Shown here in pieces: positions 60,701 through 64,000 of a DNA stretch of 64,000 nt (positions are counted from its first letter, which is position 1; each line of letters starts with the position of its first letter). Position numbers and translations under genes: made by a program. The stretch lies in the NCBI RefSeq assembly GCF_009914755.1, contig NC_060945.1. One strand, written 5' to 3'. This DNA is from the human T2T-CHM13v2.0 reference genome, Homo sapiens. Under the pieces are notes generated by a model. The model saw only the letters and a program-made list of their open reading frames with translations, ran no database searches and was not told the DNA's origin.

Positions 60701-63700
60701 ATGGAATGGAATGGAATAGAATGGAATGGACTTGAATGGATTAGAATGGAAAGGAATGGAATGGACTCGAATGATATGGAATAGAATTGACTTGAATGGA
60801 ATGGAAAATGGACTCTAGTTGAATTTAATGGAATAGAATGGACTCGATTGGAATGGAATTGATTGGGTTTCAATGGAATGGAAGGGAGTTGAATGGATTT
60901 GAGTCGAATGGAATGTAATGGTATGGAATGGACTCGAATAGAATGGAATGGAATGGAATGGACTCGAATGCAATTAAATGTACTCGAATGCAATTAAATG
61001 TACTCGAATGAAATGGAATGGAATACAGTGGAATGGACTCAAATGGAATAGAGTGAAATTTTCCGGTTTGTAATCTAATGGTATGGACTCTATTGGAATG
61101 GAATGGAATGGACTCGAATGGAAGAGAATAGAATAGAATGGATTCAAATGGAATAGAATGGAATGGACACGAAAGATACAGAATGGAATGGGATGGAATG
61201 GAATGGACTGGAAGGGAAGGGAATTGAGTGGAGTGGAATGTAACGGAATGGACATGAATGGAATAAAATGGAATGGAGAGGAATGGATTCGAATCAAATG
61301 GAATGGAAAGGACTCAAATGCCATGGAAAAGATTTGAATGGAAAGTAATGGAAAGGAACGTACTCAAATGGAATGAAATGGAATGGACTCAAATGGAATG
61401 GAATGGACTCAAATGAAATGGAATGCAGTGGAATGTATTCGAATGGCATGCAATGGAAGGGAATATACTCGAATGGAATGGACTTGAATGGAATGGAATG
61501 GAATGGACCCAAATGGGATGGAATGGAATGGAATGGAATGGAATGGAATGGAATGGAATTGAATGGAATGGATAGCAATGGAATGGAATGGAATGGATTT
61601 TAATGGAATGGAATGGAAGAGAATGGACACGAATGGAATAGAATGGAACTGACTCGAATGGAATTCAATGGAATGAATGCCAATGGAATGGAATAGATTA
61701 GAATGGAATGGAATGGAAATGAAAAGACTCACGTGGAATGGAATGGAATGGAATGGAATGGAATGGAATGGAATGGATTGCACTCGAATGGAATGGAATG
61801 GAATTGACTCAAATGTAATAGAAAGGAATGGACTCAAATGGAATGGAATGGAATCGAATGGAATGTACTCTAATACAATGGAGTGGAATGGACTCGAATG
61901 GAATCAAAATGAATTAAATGGACTGGAATCGAATGGAATGGAACAGACGCGAATGGAATGGAAAGGAATGTAATGGACACGAATGGAATGGAATGCAATG
62001 GAAAGGAATGGAATGGAATGGAATGGAATGGAACGGAATGGAACGGAATGGGATTGAATGGTGTGGATTAGAATGGGCTTGAATGGAACAGAAAGGGATG
62101 GAATGGAATGAATATAAAAGGAATGGAATGGAATGGACTCCAATGGAAGGAAAGGCCATGAATTGAATGGAATGGAAGGGAACTGACTCGAATGGAATAG
62201 ATTGGAATTTAGTGGAATGGACTCTATTAGAATGCAATGGAATGCATTTGAATGGAATGGAATTGAATGCAATGGATTCAAAAGGAATGCAATTGAATGG
62301 ACCCAAATAGAATGTAATGGAATGGAATAGACTCTAAAGGAATGGAATGGAACGTAATGGAATGGAATTGACTCGAATGGAATGAAATTTAAAGGATTTG
62401 AATGGAATGATATTTAATGGTATCGAATGGAATGGAATGGAATGAACTCGAATGAAATGGATTGGATGCAAATGGAATGGAATGGAATAGAATGGAATGG
62501 AATGGAATGGAGTAGATTTGAATGGAATAGAACGGAATGGAATTGATTGGAATGGAATGGAATGGAATGGAGTAGATTTGAATGGAATAGAACGGAATGG
62601 AATTGATTGGAATGGAATGGAATGGCATGCAATGGAATCGAATAGAATGGACTCGAAATGAATGGAATGGAATCGAAGGGAATGAAATGAAATGGAATGG
62701 GCTCGAATGGAATAGTATGGAATTTACTGGATTGGAGTCCACTGGAATGGACTCTAATGGAATGGAATGTACTCCAGTGGAATAGAATGAAATTATATGG
62801 TCTCAAATTGAATGGAACGGAATGGACTTGAATGGAAGAGAATGGAATTGAATGGAATGGACAAGAATGAAATGGAATGGAATGGACTCGAATGGAATGG
62901 AACCTAAAGGAATGGAATAGAATGGAATGGACCCGAATGGAATGGATAGGAATGCAATGGAATCGAATGTGATGGAATGTATTGGAATGGACTCGAATGG
63001 AATGGATAGGAATGGACCCGAACGGAATGGAAAGGAATGGTCTCGAGTGGAAAGGAATGGAATGTCATGGACTTGAGTGGAATGGAATAGACTCGAATAG
63101 AATGGAAAGGAATGGACCAGAATGGGATGGAATGGAATGGACCGGAATGGTATGGTATGGAATGGAATGGATTTGAATGAATAGAATTGAATGGAGTGGA
63201 ATGGACTTGAAAGAATTGGAATGGAATGCAATCGAATAGAATGGAATAGACATGAATGGAATGGAATGGATTGGAATGGAATGAACTCGAATGGAATACA
63301 ATGGAATGTAATGGAATGGACTCTAATGGAATGGAATGGAATAGACTTGAATGGAATAGAATGGAAGAGGCGCGAATGGAATAGAATGGAATGGACTCGA
63401 GTACAATGGAATGGATTCAAAAGGAATAGAATGGAATGGACCTCAATGGAATGGAGAGAATGGAGTGGAATGGAATAAAATGGAATGGAGAGGAATTGAA
63501 TAGAATGAAATGAAATGGACTCAAAAGGAATGAAATGTTATTGAATGGAATGGAATGGAATAGAATAGACTCGAAGGGAATGTAATTAAATGGAATCGAA
63601 AAGAGAGGAATGGCATTGAATGGAATGTTATGGAATGGAATGGAATGGAATAGAAAGGAATGGAATGGAGTGTAATGGATTAGAATGGAATGGAATAGAC

Positions 63701-64000
63701 TTGAAGGGAATGTAATTAAATGGAATCGAAAGAGTGGAATGGCATCGAATGGAATGTTATAGAATGGAATGGAATGGAATAGAAAGCAATGGAATGGATT
63801 GGAATGGAATGGAACAAAAAGGAATGGACTCGAAAGGAAAGGAATGGACTCCAATGGAAACGAATGAAATGGAATGGACTCGAATGGAATACAGTGGAAT
63901 TTACTGGATTGGAATATAATGGTATGGACTCTAATGGAATGGAAAGGAATGGAATCGAATGGAATAGAATGGAATGGAATTGACTTGAATGGAATGGAAG
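33756..64000 (+). repeat. Human Satellite 3-type (GGAAT)n array, diverged and GGACTCGAAT-rich; runs off the window end
   Basis: 30 kb of GGAAT pentamers interspersed with GGACTCGAAT/GGACTCAAAT/GGACTTGAAT; not dominated by HSat2-type GAATCATC units or by CAACCCGAGT; G-rich strand on + throughout. Confidence 0.97.

Noticed and set aside
33695-64000. Hundreds of ORFs encoding MEWNG / IPFHS repeats, up to 373 aa
   Set aside because: Direct translations of the GGAAT/ATTCC pentamer, which has no stop codon; no evidence of coding function
33756-64000. CRISPR-like or telomere-like reading of the repeat array
   Set aside because: No constant repeat with unique spacers, no cas genes, not TTAGGG; eukaryotic satellite context
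33756-64000. HSat2 (HSATII) assignment
   Set aside because: Lacks the dominant GAATCATC-containing 23/26-bp units; long pure GGAAT runs fit HSat3

Overview
Primate (human-like) genomic DNA spanning a sharp boundary between ordinary sequence and satellite. Bases 1-33755 are Alu-, L1-, L2-, MIR- and LTR-rich. They contain a CpG-island promoter (~21.5-22.7 kb) with RFX X-box and ETS motifs and a probable non-coding first exon on the + strand, plus a 3'-truncated U2 snRNA retrocopy. Bases 33756-64000 are an uninterrupted, single-orientation Human Satellite 3-type (GGAAT)n array rich in GGACTCGAAT, with kilobase-scale internal duplications. I cannot support any protein-coding gene: the listed ORFs are translations of Alu, satellite or GC-rich sequence, and I could not name the host gene or locus. 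I see no clearly new biological system. The most notable items are (i) a promoter that points into the G-rich HSat3 strand with the gene apparently cut off at the junction, (ii) a ~0.5 kb locally templated inverted copy inserted inside an Alu at 13.9-14.4 kb, (iii) an Alu-L1 fusion element, and (iv) layered duplications in the satellite. Repeat subfamily labels and boundaries were assigned by eye and are approximate.
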